This document shows positions 62,166 through 64,000 of a stretch of 64,000 nt of DNA, piece after piece. Origin of the DNA: Convolutriloba macropyga (taxonomy: Eukaryota). The notes under the pieces were generated by a model. That model was not told the origin of the DNA, searched no databases, and saw nothing but the letters and a program-made list of their open reading frames with translations. Where the stretch lies: contig NC_134477.1 in assembly GCF_964194025.1 (NCBI RefSeq), positions 30,442,001-30,506,000 on the forward strand. The letters are read 5' to 3'. Position 1 is the first letter of the stretch; the number at the start of each line of letters is the position of its first letter. The translations under genes and the position numbers were made by a program.

Positions 62166-64000
62166 TCATTTATTTTTAATTTGCTGTTTTTTATCATTCT
62201 TACGGTAGCCATAAAATGCTGACCGGTCTCATAAGCTTGTAATTGGCGATTGAATGGATGATTTTACCCGAAGCTTTCGGTTTATAGCGAATAGTGTTAA
62301 AGTGTAGGATACAAAACATTTTTTAATATTTTTCAGAATTTTTCTTTTTTTTTCAGTTTGTTGTTCTTTTCGTCAACTTGTAACTTATTCTCATCATTGA
62401 GAGTTCCAGTACAATTCCGTGTATTTTGTGAAAATTAACATGTTTACTGATATCATGACGTTTTTTATGTTTCGTTTGTTTGACCATATGCGTTTTCATA
62501 AAGTTATGTGAGTGGTGTATTTGTGTTTCTTTTTCTCTTCCTTTAGCACAATTGCGTAATAACAGATCCCAATGATTTTCAAATGTGGCCCGATTGAACT
62601 TATTTGTTCATTCAGCATGCTTTTAGTTGAATTAGTACATATAGAAAATGAAATAAAAGACGTAATATTCAGATAATAGCTAATGATTTTAATGACTTCA
62701 CTAATTTGTTTTCGCAATGTTTGTAATTTGTTGATCGTATTTTTTTGAGCTTTTCTACATCTTTAGGCCGTTCCTATGGCTTATTCTAACCAAAGACAGG
62801 ACCTATTGGTTTCATTCTGACTTTTTAACAAAATTATCAAGAATTTTTGCTAAAAGCTAATGATTTTTAATGATTTTGAATACTTTTGAAATTATTTGGT
62901 GTAACAAATCTTTATATTGATTTTTTAGTTTCGCATCAATATTTCTTCTTTTTGTTCACTTGTTGCCGGGTCTCATTACGATAAATCCCATCTGCTGTTT
63001 GAGTTAGGAAAACGAAAATCTGTGTCGTTAGGGTTTTGTCTCATTGTAATTTGACGTTGTTACTAAGTGCTTTTTAGATATTGAGTTTTGTTTTTGTTTT
63101 TGCTATCTTTTTGTTGTTTTTTTCTCGTAGTCTTTTTAATGGCAGATCTCGTTGTAAAGATCTTGTCGTTTGATTATCTCTTTGTCAAAAATGTTGGTCA
63201 AAAGACATTTAAGTCAAAAATGTAGATGAGCGCGGGTCGGAACATCGTGTGCAAACGCACATTAACGAGCAGCCTTGTTTGTTTTAAAATTGATCGCAGA
63301 TGTTCAGTTTTGCATTTTTTCAATGATCTATTTCGACAAACCAGTTTTCCTAGCCTTTATATATGATTGTGGTTAACTTCAGTAACAATTGCTTGACCAC
63401 CATTCTTTTATCAGTTTTGTAATGGAATCAACTTGCTTTTTTGAACGATTTAAATATTTGTTTCTGAGAATGGATTGGAATTTCTTGTATAGGAATTTCT
63501 TCTTCTGGACCTTACTATTTTCTCTAATCGTTTTGCCCATGGAGCGGTCCTATTTGATGCCAAATGTAAAACAGAAAAGAGTACAGCTGTAATTTACGCG
63601 AGAAAAATATCTACTTTTGTGCTCAAAGCCTCTCTTTGCAATTTGGAAGGCAGATTTAATATTTTAAACCATTTTTGTTGGTTGTTTGTGTGCTTTTTAT
63701 GTTGGTTACTTGTGCTCTAGAATGTCAATTTTTCTTCAGTTTATCAATGTATTCAAATGCTTACAGTTTTTGCTCATATTGGATATCCCATTTCCAAAAA
63801 GAGTATGTAAATTTGTGGTTTTTATTTTTGAAATGTAAATGAGTGTTAACGCAATGTAGTACATGCAAATGTAGTAGTTGGCAAATGTAGTACATCAGTG
63901 TTAGTAGTTATCTAAGCTAAGCTGTAGATAGCTCAGAACGTCATTCTCAGAACTGCTGTCAATGCTTTTGATGTTTTGTCTCAGCATTTGATTCATTAAC

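Overview
AT-rich eukaryotic (most likely invertebrate animal) genomic DNA with five protein-coding genes, all on the + strand: cyclophilin A (3 exons, 12898-16883), RPL8/uL2 (3 exons, 27300-31051), intronless DEAD-box helicase DDX54/DBP10 (31445-33571, 393 bp after the RPL8 stop), a divergent F-box protein (2 exons, 37890-39910) and RFC4 (2 exons, 45595-58914, with a 12.2-kb intron filled by nested LINE relics). Most non-coding DNA is repeats. These include a hierarchically duplicated block at 1-10.4 kb, degenerate CR1/L2-type LINEs, a MITE, a foldback and minisatellites. One LINE has an SGNH-esterase ORF1 and a 2A-like motif. The most notable pattern is at least two families of short non-autonomous elements with Helentron/DINE-1-like ends (subterminal inverted repeats, 3' stem-loop, TATGTT end). 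All 18 recognised 3' ends face the same way as the genes, the elements form head-to-tail chains, and one subfamily carries a tRNA-like Pol III promoter. Four genes also have a 3'-splice-acceptor-like site 7-14 nt before the ATG (79 nt for cyclophilin), compatible with spliced-leader trans-splicing or operons; short 5'-UTR introns are the alternative. All calls were made by eye without database searches.
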